The notes beneath the pieces are model-generated. The model saw only the letters and a program-made list of their open reading frames with translations. It was not told the DNA's origin and did no database searches. Source: Trichoplax adhaerens (lineage: Eukaryota; Animalia; Placozoa). From it: a stretch of 64,000 nucleotides of DNA. A program made the translations under genes and the position numbers. Every line of letters starts with the position of its first letter. Positions within the stretch are counted from its first letter, which is position 1. Shown here piece by piece: positions 25,561-39,945 of this stretch. The DNA lies in the NCBI RefSeq assembly GCF_000150275.1, contig NW_002060946.1:5041454-5105453 (forward strand), in the 5' to 3' direction.

Positions 25561-28500
25561 CGATTAGCACCTATGGCTAACTACTGCTGCAGCGAATCAT
25601 AATTTTTACTTCCAAATGTTGATTTTTAAACGTATTCGTAAACTTAGAGTAGATAGCAACCCAAGAGGAATACAGCTTATAGGAGAAAATAAGTAAAGCC
25701 TATGCTACGCTTAATTATCACTTTTGCTTGCGCCATTCCTTCGTGGCGATTTCTATCTAGATTTCACAGAGTTACATTCCTATACGGTATATTCCAGAAA
25801 GATTCGATGAATGGTTATAGAAAGCAATCTGTGGATTTTTATGCATTCTATGCGAGTTTTAAATACTTGCATAGGAAACATGAGTCAATAAGTTATTTTC
25901 TATATTTATAGTTTCTTGATGGAATCCTGCATTTCTGGGCATAGTTTCGATAATAATCTTTCAAACATTTTTTGCTATATAAAGTTAGCTTTACGTTGAA
26001 TTTTACCCATCCAAATAGTAGGTAATGCTACTTTAACATATTGTTATTGCGAAATATATTGTGAAACTAAATTTAAACATTAAAACTTTGGCACACTTCA
26101 TCAACTTACTCACAGAAATCAGTAGACTACACGAGGCATAACTCGCTCTTTCTTCGCTATATTTTAACCATGGAAGTTAGCAAATTACAGACATTAAAAA
26201 GCTGAATATGTCAAGAAACTAATTGAGAAAGTCAGTTATGTAGAGAATGCTAAAATAACCGCTTCTATTTTGAATTAAATTGAGCAATAACTTCTGAGAA
26301 TATTCACAATAGTACCCATATATGATGTGAGAGTAATAAGAGAATCGTTAAGTACGATATATTGTGCTGACAGAGTGAAAAATTAAATAAAAATGCTTTA
26401 ATTAGCAAATGTGTGGTATAATCAAGCGTGGTACTCATTTTTTGTCATCAAGAAACTCATACTGCCATAGCAAGATATCGTGTTCTATACCGAATAAGCG
26501 ATAACTCTTCAGTTTAAAAGTGTCCATGTGTCTGTGAAATCTACGACCTAGAGGAGTACTAACCCTGTCTGAAACCATGATGTAGGATAGACATTGAGTA
26601 TTCGTATAAGCTGTATTAACGTTAGAATAAGCGAGCATACAGTAAATTGAGTATCTCGGCTCAACATACTTTATGTGGTAAAGCATATCCAAAGCACGGT
26701 AATGTTGGCAGACTTGTGCAATGCTATGGTGTAATAATATGAATTCATTGGGTAGAACAGAAGAATGGGATAGATTAATGGCTTAAACGTTAACATTTCT
26801 CATGCAATTCTTGAATCCAGAAAGACTGTCTAGGCATTTCTACTTGTTATAACGATAGTGATAGAATGAATTGCATCCCTCTTTCAAGGTAATTGCCATA
26901 TGGATCATGGTGAAAGATTTACACTTCACTGCTAGGATTGCTTGCAAAGGAATTCAAAGTTCAAGAACTTCAATGCCGAGCTGCCTTTGCGTAAATTGAT
27001 TCTTTTCAATTATAAAAGCAATCCTAACTTCTCTATTTCATCGTACGCATAAGTTCTTTCTGCTATAAAATATACAGTAGAATGGGATGGCTACTACATT
27101 TAATACTAATGTAATCCAAACAACGAGAAATAGCTTGTCAAGAATATTCAAATTACCAGCATATTTCAATATTGACGATAAGACTGATGCTTAAATAGGT
27201 TATTATTCTAGCTGGTAGATGGACCTTAGATAGTAGCTAAGTATAGACTAGATCCAAATTAGCTTGAAATTAAGGTTATAAGATTGCACGGAAATAGTTC
27301 AAGCTGTGCGTTTGATTAGATTGTGAGATCGTGCATGTTTGTATTTTTTGACGATATTCACTCTTGGTATTGTGGCCTTTTTATACTGATATGAAAACAT
27401 TTTTGATACTGCAAATTGAAATATCATTAGTCTGCTATCCATTTTGGCCATAACTAGTAAGCCTAGGCTGAAATTAGGTTTTAATGAAGAAAACAGAACT
27501 GTTTAGAACCGAACCGCTGACACCCTAAGGGCTGTTACTAAATGCATGGAGTCCTTTTATAGGGTAAAACTACAAGTTTAATAAAGCTTCAATAGTGTAA
27601 ACTACATTGCTATCCCATATCTATAAGCAATGCAGGCAACGAAATGCCAGCAGTAAGAAAATAGGTTATGCTATGGAGATCAAGGCCGACCTAGTATAAA
27701 TTTCCCTATATTTAGTGATTTAAAATCATGGAAATTTACAAAATATATACAGCGAGAGTCTGATGTGGGAAATTAAACTATTATCCCTCCATCGTCTAAG
27801 GAGCAAGATATTAAGAAAGTAGACTATAGTATTAGGAGTTGAACTACTACCGATATCCAATATCTTTAGACCTTCTAAGTAGTGCAGCAGAAAATCAAGA
27901 AATGAACGTACTTTTCGCTATTCAAACGAGAGGAACATCAAGATAGAACACTCTCACACTACTATAAGAATGAATACCCAATATCTTAGGTCTTCAAATA
28001 AAATATCAAGAAAATACGATAGACTATACATAAAACATAAAACCTAAGATTAACCTGTCAATGAAATGCCGTAACTACAAGAATACGAATATAGAATCCT
28101 CCGGTAGGAAACAATCAAGTAAGTTATATCTAAAGAGTAAATATGAAAGGAAAAAAATGCCTGTAACAGGTTATGTAATCAACCGTGCAAAAGGTGTAAT
28201 TAAAGAAAATGAAACTTTAAGATGTTTAAAATTTAATAAAAATCGAAATAGGTAACAAACTCATCCAGATTAAACTGTGATTAGCCAATTTAAAAATGCA
28301 TTACAACCCAAATTTTGACGATAGAGTAAAGAATGAAAAGGAATCTACGTACGGTTACCTAAGTTAGAAGTTACGATTAGTTAAAAGCTTTCTTCAAGAT
28401 GTTGATTGATAGATAATTTATCCGTTAGAACAGTAGGAGATAGAACTAGATTAACGCATCCACGACTTCTTTGTACTTAGATCGGCAATCAATGTCAGTA

Positions 28501-30090
28501 TTAGGTTAAGGTTAAGCAGGAAAACTATTAATGCGTTATATTTAGTTCGTTGATGAAAGCTTTGCCATTAATAGTCTGTAGATAAAATTTCATCAAAATA
28601 GAAAATCTTAACGGATGCTCGTAGTATTAATTAAGCTATTGGCAATTTTTCAAAATCATTTAACCACTACTACTTAGTATTGGCCGATCAGATTTGTCTT
28701 CTAAGATATATAGAGTAAAATGACTTGATGACAAAACTACTGTTGATTTATAAAACAACCATGGCGACTAAACAAAAGAAAACAAATATGGTATCATGAC
28801 CGGATGATTGATTAATTCAGCATTTAAGGAAAGGATACGTTGCAAAAAAACACGTTGAATCAATAGCTTCAATGAATATTTTATGTTCTTATGACTCATG
28901 ATTCCGTTTATCGAATTGGAGTTGATTAATTAGAAAGACAATATTGTTAACAAGTCTATTTCTCTATTTTAGGCCTAAATATCCACGCAATAAATCATGA
29001 TAGCCAATAGAATAGATTAAAGCTAATAGTTTGAATAAGGATGTTGATGTCTTTAAATCATTGATGAAACCGAAGAGGCATGGGCTGAAAATGAAGGTAA
29101 TAATGGGGAAATGGTACCGCTAATTTCCTGCAAGGCGAAATCTAGTACTTTAGAGATCATATCCACATGACTAGGAAAGGAAGCACGCAACAACAGTTAT
29201 GAAATTTAAAGATTGAAGAGAAAATGGATCGAAAATAGTCATGTTGCCAAAAAACTGAAATTATTACTTTTCGCAGATAAAATCAAGTGCTCAGTAATTC
29301 ATATGTTATTAGCAGGAAAGGCAGTATCCAGTAAGTGAAAGTGAAGAGCGTAGAAAATAGTGTAAAGCATCTAATCGTGAGCACATTCTACCGCGAAATT
29401 AAGCGTTTTATAGTAGTGGACCCGTTAGTTTCAATGGTAGGATATCAACAATCATTCATAGTAGCGTAAAATTAAATAAAATTTTCGTAGGTGATTACGC
29501 AAATACTCATTCTTAAACATCCAATCTAGTATTCCATAGATGATATGCCAATCAATATATTAAAGCGAGCGTATAAGACAAATAATACACTAGCCCATGC
29601 AATTAGATGTGGGAATTAATTTGAATACAATCGAATATCGGTGCAAGAAATAATTAGTATTGATTGAATAATTAGATGTCCTTTCTAATGATAAATCATT
29701 TCTATCCTGGTCTTATTACTGTCTAAATATGTTTTTCAATGTCATGAATGATCCAATATCAACTCTATCAGGATATAAGGATATCTGAAAGACTCAAGTA
29801 CGACGAAGTCAAGTTGGATATTATATAAAAATGAGTCCTTGATAGATAAATAATTTAAGAATTAATCGATTTTTCGATTATTGACTTCATCAAACTGACA
29901 TGAAATAAAAATTACTTTATTGGTACTGTTGAGAAAAGATAGAATATAAAATTGAAAACATTAAAACATATAGCTAGCAAATCAAGTTAACAATACTGAA
30001 AAATCAAAGAAAAAAAGCGGTCACTTATTCGAGGATTAAGAAATGTCGACATCTCTTGCCGTAAAAATGAGAGTAAAATGCGCGTAAATT

Positions 30091-30320
30091 AAAATAAAAG
30101 TGAAATATCAACACATTACACAGTAGGTATACTTATGAATTAAGTAAATAATAACTTGAAAGCGAGTGGAAAGATAATATGATATATATTAATTCTCTGC
30201 TGAAGAAAAAGAGACAATTCTTACTATAAAAAATGGGTGAATAAAAATAAAAGTGAAATATCAACACATTACTTCTAAATTAAGTAAATAATAACTTGAA
30301 AACGAGTGAGAAAATAATAA
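30091..30320. repeat. Direct duplication, ~153-bp spacing, 2 copies
   Basis: AAAATAAAAGTGAAATATCAACACATTA at 30091 and 30244, each followed by AATTAAGTAAATAATAACTTGAAA. The second copy has a ~13-bp deletion. Confidence 0.85.
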
Positions 30321-33300
30321 TAACTAATCTTTGGATAAGAAAGTTGATATTCTCTATCTTGAAAATGAAGTTGGAATGGTTAAAATAAAGAATAAAACTG
30401 TATATCGATTATGTATATATAACCATTCCAATGCTTATCTTGAATGCGATATAGCAATGGAAGTATATCGATAGACAATTACAGACTCAATTCTTTCTTT
30501 TCGTCACTATAAACGGAGACTCTTTCAAGTCAAAGTAAAGGAAAAAGATAATGCTAAATCAAGATAGGGCTGGAAGAAAATTGAAAAATTTTTTGTTATC
30601 CTTTCCGACTATGGATTAACTACCGGTTTATCCTGGAATGTCAATAGCATATTATCTACGAAATTTAAAGCGTAAAGCCCGTCATGGAAGGATTGTTCAA
30701 TTTTTAACATATTAATATCTAGGAAGTAAAATGATCAAATTTGATGACTGTGTAACTAATTTATCAATAGGTAATTATTAAAAATTGTCAAATCAGAGAA
30801 TCGTGTCAGCGAAGCTAAAAAGTTTAAATGAGACTACATAGGGAACTGTTTATTGTACGAAAATTGAAAGTTTTCTTGCAATATATCTAATTAGCAATTG
30901 GATAACTATATTGAATTTCCACAGTATTCAAGGTTATTCTCTCTAGTCTTATTTCACCCACAAATGTGGACAAGTATGACCAATTTAATCAATCGATTGT
31001 ATCTAATGAATCATACCATGAAATAATCATGGCCTTTAAACTTTCTATTTGTTCAATAAATGAATTCCCAAGTAATATTCAACTATTTCTTTCCCTTGAT
31101 GACTAGTCCCCTTATATTATCGTTGTCAAATCGTTTACTGTACAACAGAAACACAACATTTTAGCTAATGCACAAAGGAAGAAAAATTATTATAACTGAT
31201 TTGAATGCTGTTGGTGATGATTTTGGATATGATGACAATGTCTTAAGAACTTTTCATATTGTGTGTAAACCGATTGCTAGGCTAGAAATTTTTATCGAAG
31301 GGATGACATTATACGATTCGTTTTCCGTAAAACGGAAGGCAGGAGCGGGCAATTTTACAGATTATACAAGAAGAAATTATGCTTGACTATAGAGTAAAAT
31401 AAATTTGATTTGTTATGACGATTTTATAGGCTTTTAAGCCTAAGAAACGAGAAGCTTTAGTGGTTTAACATAAATGAAAAGAAATAATCAAGCATGCCGG
31501 GACAAGCCAATTTTAACAACTAGCATTTGATACGCCATCTTATTTGATTTAGTTAAAAGTTCGCTGATTTCTAGTATTCGTTCCAGACTCATTTTGCTAT
31601 CAACTTGACCCGATAGTTATCTAAAATCAATTTAAGATACATATATGATCGATGAACAAGATCCGTTCGATATCCAATTTTTTTCCTGTTCAAATATCAA
31701 TCTTGCTGCCATTAATTTAATCATTTGTGTATTATCACTGTAGTATTGATCACTGCAGTAATGACGATACAATTTGAATTTATATCGGGAAAAATAATTT
31801 AATTAGAATGGTCATGGGTGGTGAATAAATAAGCAGCATGGAAGAAATGATTCAGAAGGTCGAGAATAAAAAAAAAGGGAGAAAAAGGTAGAAAAATCAA
31901 CATGTACAAGTGGATGGGACAATACCGATTTTCCACTTCTCGATGGAAATAAGAACGTGGCAAGCAGATTATAAATGGATTTTATCCTCTGAATATTTGA
32001 TTCTATTTAGGGCAACAGTATTAATGCACCAAATTGTCATAGACTTACGTAATTCTCTTCTTTTTTTCCGTATTCTTTCTTTTTCTTCGCCGCTATTAAT
32101 GTTCAATTTTTTCCCTGAATAAAATGGATGGATTGAAGCCTAAAGCAAGAGCAAATACGCTGATCAATAAGGGTACAGTGTATTGACACATTCAACCTAT
32201 TTTCTGGAAAACTCAACAGACTGTAGTTACATGTGATTAGAACTTCGATGGAGGTAAAAATCTTTGTTTCAATTATTTAACATCAGATAATTTATTCTCG
32301 GTTTGATGAGATAATACAACTGTTAGCGGTTGGTTTACTCAATGTCTTGTCAATCAACTTTTGTCATTTCATTATAATTATATTATTCTATTTGAGCATT
32401 TTTGATGACGCCTGTCTTTCCTTTTTTTAAACTGCCTACAACTGGATGATTCAATTTAATTCTATTTCTATTGATGGCGGGATAGTTTTGACTGGGATTG
32501 TTTTTTAACAGATGATGATTGAGCTCATTAGATGAGGTATGATGAAGAATAATGATGTTAGCGTTTGTATTATGTCCTAAGCATAATGGCTATGGCTTTA
32601 AAATACGATCACTTTATGACTATTTTATTCAATGAATACGATAATAAATATTCAGATTTTTAAAAGAGTTACAGTAGCTGACGGTCTTATATTCTTCTTG
32701 GAAGTCAATAGACGATCGCTATCAAGATGATTGGGATGAATAAGATTAGCAAGGTAAGGACTGTGTAAATTCAATAGATCATAGAAATCTCTTTTAAAAA
32801 TGAAATATCAGGGCCGTTCTAAGAAATTGTAGCCCTCATGATTCGCTGAGTGTAAGATTATACTTTACAAGCTATGATTATCGTTCATCAATACCTTGTT
32901 TATAAAGTTAAGTACGAAAGTATTTGAAAGATATGTTGATTGGTATTTAATGTTAAATATATGCATTACTTCTTACCTAAGAAAGGATTGAGTAGGGTCT
33001 AAACATAGCTAAAATTAATCCGTATGTTGTAACCGCTATCGTCATAGAAAGAATAGAGCCTAATTATGACTACCCTATTCCATATATTACGATATACCGT
33101 AAGATACTGATATTATATAGGATAGGACTTGTATCATCTCAGATGGATTAGTCTTGTTGAAGCAAAGTTCATAAACATTTTGGATATAAACTTTAGGATT
33201 GTAGGAATTAATCATATACTTAGATAGGGGAACAGTATTGAAGTGAGCGTTAACTTTTTTCAAGGGTGAATAAGGTATAAGATATGTTTGAAAATATGGA

Positions 33301-36300
33301 AAAAAGATAATAGAATAGTTCATAAACACATATAGGATTCCTCAAAAACTTGTTTTTAAAGTGGAATAGTATTTTGGACGTGAGTCATTCGGATCGTAAA
33401 TAAGAGAATAAAAAAATACTGAAACCTGATTATCGTTCATCAATATCTCATAATAGCAAAGAATAGTGCCAATTACTCAAGATTATAAGCACAAAAATTA
33501 TCATTTTAGATAGAATATTATCTAAGCATTTCTATAACTCATTAATATCTTGTATTTAGATCATATAATGCACATAATTAATAAACAGTGTGACTGCACG
33601 AGCGCCGATTAGAATTTAAAAAGTTTTTGGTATTGGCATTATACGTATTAGATTACTTTCGATTGGATGTAGCTTAGAATCAACGATAATTCAAAAAGAT
33701 TCCCTTCTTAAATTGAAATAGCAAGCGGAGCTGCTGCAAATTTAAATTATCATCTTAGACATGACTAAGTATAGTTTTAGAGTCTAATATTATGGTCTAG
33801 CTTCGAATAGATGATAGTCATATCTGGATTAAAATAGCAAATGCGACTGTTTTCAAGATAAATTATTATCTTATATACGATTAGGCATGGTCTAGACGCG
33901 GTTTTCATTCAGACATATCTCTTAACTACAGCGGAAATGCATTTAAGAACGAGTCGTAAAAGATTATAGATCTAATATTCCGCTAATTTTGAATATAATT
34001 TAATCATAGGGGTAATTTATGAATACTTCATTGTTAAAATAACAGGTTGAGATAGGTAAAAATATATACGCGTAAATCTTATCGTGAGTTAATATTGCTA
34101 TTTTTGGATAGCCAAATTTAAAGTATTATGGAGTGAATAAAGTGTAATTTATTGTTTGTTAGATAGTATAGCATCGTATACATACATACCCTTTCACTGT
34201 GTTTGTTTGGATTATATCAAGAAATATCTTCTGTACATCAAGTTATCAATTTAGCTTAAAAAAGATCGCACCCAGTTGATCGCTTTACTAGTAACTGCCA
34301 AACCTTCTCTTCAAAATTGATCATGATTACGTGAAATCTGTGATCACTTAACCAATACTAAAGTTATTTCAAAATAGGTTGATCCCTTATATCGTTTTCA
34401 AAACTGAATTTCTTCAATCATCTTAACTGATTTATAGGTTAAAGAAAACATGTTCACGTTGATATAAAGTGATGACCAAGCTTACACGCAATAATAGCTA
34501 CTGATATTCACTTAATTTCCTATAACAGTTATTTCCGATAAGAGACCCCCTTTTTAGAATGCAAATTAATACCATTTTTTTCTTCCTAATACGTTCATTA
34601 AAAAATAACACTCCATCATCATAGACTACCCTAGTACGATTATCATTCTATTTATGAATAGTTTGCATCGAGAGCTAATTTTCAACCCTTTTCTTAATCA
34701 ATAATTATATAATAGTAGACTAAAATAATACATCTGATTCTATGCAACCTTTATCCAAAAATAGTTGCTGGTTATTTTCAAAATCAAGTAGCACTATATT
34801 GTCTTGGCTTACTTTATTCTTAAAACAATTGTAAGCCTGGCGGAAAATGGTATATAAAGAAAATATCTTATTGAATTCTGGTATTAATTGTCATTTTCAT
34901 TTTAAATATTCTATTAATATTAAGATTCGGTGACATTTTAGACTATTGTAGCCATTCCTATAAGCTAATAAATATATTATTACGTAGAGTATTAACTATG
35001 ACTATATTAAATGCCAAGATATCTCGCGAAGAAGGGCACATTCCAAGTTAATAACTATCATACTATAGATGAGAATGTTGAAAAATGAAATGATTGTTCG
35101 CTGACTACATCACTTGCGATAGCGTAGACGTAAAATTTGAGAATGAAGACATTTTAATTTTCGTTTCCATCATCATTAAAATCAAAATTTTCGCTTATAA
35201 CCTGGTTAATTGCTTCATATCGAATATTATTATTATCATTATTATTTAATATTGCAAGGGTAGATTCAGCATTGCAATGGCATGTATTAATGGGTATATA
35301 CTGTAAAAAATAACTTAAACCTTAAGTACGGCATAAAAATATTTAGACTATGCTTAAAATTGACCGCCGCCAAAAAGAAAGGTTGTAATAGTCATCATAG
35401 CTCAAGACTACCCCTAATTACCGATAATTTTTTATTATTAGCTTGCAGTAGACATGGGTAATAATAATTAAAGGATGTCCTAATTTTATTATCATGTACA
35501 ATAGCGATAGCATACTATTACGCTTGGATGTGACAGGATTGCATTTGAAATGAAAAATATCAAGGACACTATTATTTTAAAAAATGTAGAATCTATAATT
35601 GAGAGGAGGTTGAAAATTTTTAACTCTAAACATTTAACATCATAAGAAATATAAGCTAGTATAACTATTACAAATCTTTGATGTATATCATGTTATCGTG
35701 TAAATGGGATATTTTCCGTAAATATTTTTTTATCCGATTTCTAGAAAACTGGTGTAATCAAGATATTACAGTTATAAACTAGAATTTCTATTTTAATTAA
35801 AACGACACACGTAGAAATAAAAGCTACTGTATATAGTGATAATTATGTGATGAGAATACATTATTATAAATTTATTTATGGAATAATGGATTTAGACATA
35901 GAAACGACCATGTTAAAATTATCTAAAGCCTATAGTCGAGAACTGTATGTGCAATGGAATTGTATTAGATGTCAATTTGTTACTTTGCATTAATTTTGAT
36001 ACCATGGCTTATGAATAAAATGCTTGTCAGATAAATCGAGAAAATGTCCGTTCGATTTTGAAAATTATTAATAGGTTACATTGAAAAGATTTTATTCTCC
36101 TCGCCTGATATCGTTATGCGTTATATATATATAAAATATGGTTACCCTATTGTATTTCAATGTATAGATGAAATAGCAAGAACGTGATTATCATATTATG
36201 CTGTTAACACTTTCGATTTAGATTTAGCTCAAATGGCTAGAGATTCTTATTATGGGCATTGGATTACTTATTACTATTTAGTAACTGCATTATCAACTAG

Positions 36301-37683
36301 TTGGGAAAAGAATAATTGAAGGAGTTGAATCTGGTCATTCTTAATCTAATTCATGTGGTATATTGTAATTCAAAATTATTTTGAATATGAATCATTATTG
36401 TCCTTATATTCGCACAAAGAATCTCATGTGAAAATTATTTTTACCGTTATGAATATCATTGCCATAAATAGAATGGACTTTTTCTTTAGTACAAGTACAT
36501 TGTGTTCTAATTTGTTTGTATCCACCAAGTAGAATAATTATCTTCAGACTAGATAGTTGTTTAGTGTCATAAATTAGGCTGCTTTACTCCAGTCAGCCCA
36601 ATAGAATGAAATAGATTAATATTCTCTTTTTACTGCATGTAATCAATTTCTTGTTACAGCCCCATAGAAGTAGTAGTCTTGTAATCTAAGAGTTATATTA
36701 TGGTCTAGACTAGCCGTTTCGATCGTGGGTAATTAAGAGTAAATAGTATGAAATAAATTGTCGAAGGATCAGTTATTACCCACTCTATATTCCGTTTGCT
36801 ATAGCATATTCAACTGCGATATTACACTACGGGTAAGAGCTTACGGAAAAATAGTCGCTACCAATTAGATACAAGTCTAATTTCAAGTTCAGCTTTTCAA
36901 AAGGAAACAATCTTTTCAGCCTCGATAGAAAAAAATAAATTAATTCTGTCCTGCCATGACTTGGCCATAACAAAGAAATTATCAAAGACTATCTACTACA
37001 GACGATTAATAAAATACTTTCTATTGGATAAATTACAACAAAATAAAGTCAAATAGCTAAAATCATTTAGCTCTTGCTAGTTTGTAAAGTTTGAAATAGG
37101 TCTTGCCGCATCTCGATAGAGTTAAAATCGCTGCCATTAACACATATCTTAAGGATAAATAATCATAATCCTAAACGGTAATTGGATTTTGGTTTTAGTT
37201 CTAAATTAATGGAATATTATTTTGCTTAAACAAACTGTAAGTATCATTTGTTAATTAATACTGTATAAGAGATATCCTAGTCGCATCTATTAGAATAATG
37301 TTGTCATTTCCTGTATCTTTGCGGCTTTTGCATTAATTTTTTTCTACTAATTGATTGAAATGACATAAGAGGCTACCGACTGATTCAATAGCTAGAATAA
37401 AGGCTCGATATCACCTTTGTTGACTATTTCAATAAAGCGAAGGTAATTCTAATAGTAGAATAATATTGGTCAAAGCTTTTACTTTACTACTATGGTGATG
37501 GAGTCAACAAGAGGAAATAAGAATCATCGCCAATGACAGCTATTTTTCAAGTCTTGTTGACTGAGTTTATAAATAGAATCTAACCAAAATGACGAGCTAT
37601 GATTTTCAAAAGATATTAGCGTGAATGAAGATAGGCACAAGTTGATCAATTACTCAGGGTTCTTATTTTCTGTTTTTTCTAAC

Positions 37684-37703
37684 ATAGACTATATATAGTC
37701 TAT
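37684..37703. repeat. Perfect 20-bp palindrome
   Basis: ATAGACTATATATAGTCTAT equals its own reverse complement. Confidence 0.9.
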
Positions 37704-38039
37704 TGCATAAATTATATAGTAAGCTATAGCCGGGGTCTTGAGGATATAAAAGATTAATTGTGCTTTCTTTGGAAATTAAAATTGTAATACTACAGTGGCA
37801 GTAAAGACATAATTACAAAGCGTGTATTTAAATTTAAGAAGTTTTCTGTTTCATTTTTTACATCCAATTTTAGGTAAAGTTGATACGGTGAGCAAATTAT
37901 TTGAGCAGATTTGTAATCGATTGTAAGGCATTTGTTTTCACTCATTGAAAAAGATGAAATAATTAAGAACATGTTGGATGTCAGCAATTAATTCATTCTA
38001 GGTTCATCTACCTTGCAGAGTTTCATTGCTGCCAGATGT

Positions 38040-39010
38040 AAAATTTTTCGATATGTTAGGAATAAGTACGAATGAGCATAGGCGGCAATAAAACCAAATC
38101 TAGTCTTTTTAGGATATAAAAATGCAATCTATACTTCAGATACCCGTATTAAATTCCTCAGTATTTCACGAATATGTATGGAAAGCTGCCCATATAGCGG
38201 GCATTAGAATTTGTAAAACTATCTGAGTTCGAGAATGCAGATATGTATATCAAGTATCTCAATTTATTTATAAAATAGAAAATTACTTTATTATGTTAGG
38301 AATGAGTAGATATAGCTGCCAGTATAGGGCAATCATTTAGTTTTTAAAACCATTTGAGTTCAGGAATCCAGGCTCGTGTATCAACTATCTCAATTTTTTG
38401 TAAGATAAAAGATTGCATTAGTATGTTAGGAGTCAGTATAGATGACTGAGAATAAATGCCGGCAGGGTAGTAATTTGAAATGTCAAACCGTCTGAGTTGG
38501 AGAATACGATCTGGATACGTAAATCAGTTATTCAATTTAGGTATAAAACATGAAATCTCTTCGTAATTTAAAGAAATAAGCTCAGATAACTGAAAATAAT
38601 GGGCTGTCATTTGATTTATAAAACTATCTGAGTTGAAGGATTCAATGTAGATACGAATAGTAATTTCCTCAGTTGATTTCTAAAATAAATAGTTAAATTT
38701 CATTGTGTGTTAGGTATGGACAATCAAGAATATAGTACAGACATTGGATTAGTAAACCCATCTGGGTTAAAGAACAGAATCCATTGCTAGATTGTCTATC
38801 TATTTCTCAGCGAAATTAAATTAATAAAATGTCCGAAATATGGAGTAGCTATTTGATTTAAGGAACCTACTCATTGGATTTGTAAACCCATGTGAGTTGG
38901 AGAATGGAATCCATTACTAGATACAGTGTCTATCCATTTTTTCCTTCGTCATCAAATAAATAAATTGTCAGAATATGGCGTAGCTATTTAATTCTAAGAA
39001 TCTACGAATG
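38040..39010. repeat. Degenerate tandem array, ~130-139-bp unit, ~7 copies
   Basis: AAAC..TCTGAGTT-like anchor near 38215, 38346, 38485, 38621, 38754 and 38884; TATGTTAGGA also recurs. Confidence 0.8.
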
Positions 39011-39574
39011 GGAAAATTTGAATCAGTGTTAAGGTTACAAAATTTTAGCGACTGCCAAGAATTTTCTTAGCACAGTCTATATTCAAAATATTTAATCGGT
39101 AATATTGACTTGTTCAATGAGAATACAAAATTGGCAAAACTGTGAGTGAAAGAGATAAGCATAAAATTTACACCTGCAGTTTAATTTTATTACAGACTTG
39201 TAAAATTTACCTTGATTTTTTATTTTGCCTGTATGGCTAAACAGATTATGAATAAGACTTACTTTTGTCACTTCTAGAAAGTATTAACAATTATGAGAAA
39301 TTTTAATCGCCAGTATATATACCTTGACTAAACGCCAAAGAAAAGCAATAATGGTTGAAGTAGTATAACCCAGTGAAATGACTGTTAAATAAATCTTGGT
39401 TTTAGCTATTAAAACAAACAACGAAGATGGTTGAAAAATGCAGACAGTTCGAGTTCCAGGTATGGAAAAAATAAAGATTCGTTATTAATATTTCAATAAA
39501 ATGTATTTGTTACATAAGTTGGAGGGCGATTAGGAATAGTTAACGATGGTAAGATTTAGTAAAGGTAACAAAAA

Positions 39575-39945
39575 TAAAGCCATCATTCAGAGTCTTTTTA
39601 TTTCAGAAATTGCTTTTAGTAGCAAGAAAAACAAACTCAATAGGATGAATGGTCAGACAAAAATGGGAGTCCATTCAATAACGCCATGAATTTGGCTTAC
39701 TTTTAGAGATTTTAGTCCGTTAAGCTTTAGCTGCAAGAAAAACAAACTTAAGACGATGAATAATGGTAAAAATGGAAGCCCATTCAATAACGCCATGAGC
39801 TTGTTTTATTTTTCAAAGATTTTGAACTATTACAGCTTTCTAGGTAGAAAAAAACTCATGACGACGAGTGGTTGGACCAAATTGGAAGCCTTTCCAACAA
39901 TATCATGAACTTGACTTACTTTTCAGAGATTTTAGACTGTCTAAT
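39575..39945. repeat. Degenerate tandem array, ~110-bp unit, ~3 copies
   Basis: CCATTCAATAACGCCATGA at 39671 and 39780, with a diverged copy at 39889; GCAAGAAAAACAAACT at 39622 and 39733. Confidence 0.85.

Noticed and set aside
32875-33445. 19-bp direct repeat TGATTATCGTTCATCAATA as transposon ends or LTRs
   Set aside because: No TG...CA termini, target-site duplication or internal coding; more likely a remnant of an old local duplication.
33725-33745. Minus-strand KFAAAPLA resembling the GSE1 N-terminal SFAAALRKLA motif
   Set aside because: Bracketed by in-frame stops, no splice sites, and the match ends after FAAA.
36222-36300. tRNA or SINE (TAGCTCAAATGGCTAGAG resembles a D-arm/A box)
   Set aside because: No GTTCRA T-loop/B box or acceptor stem follows.
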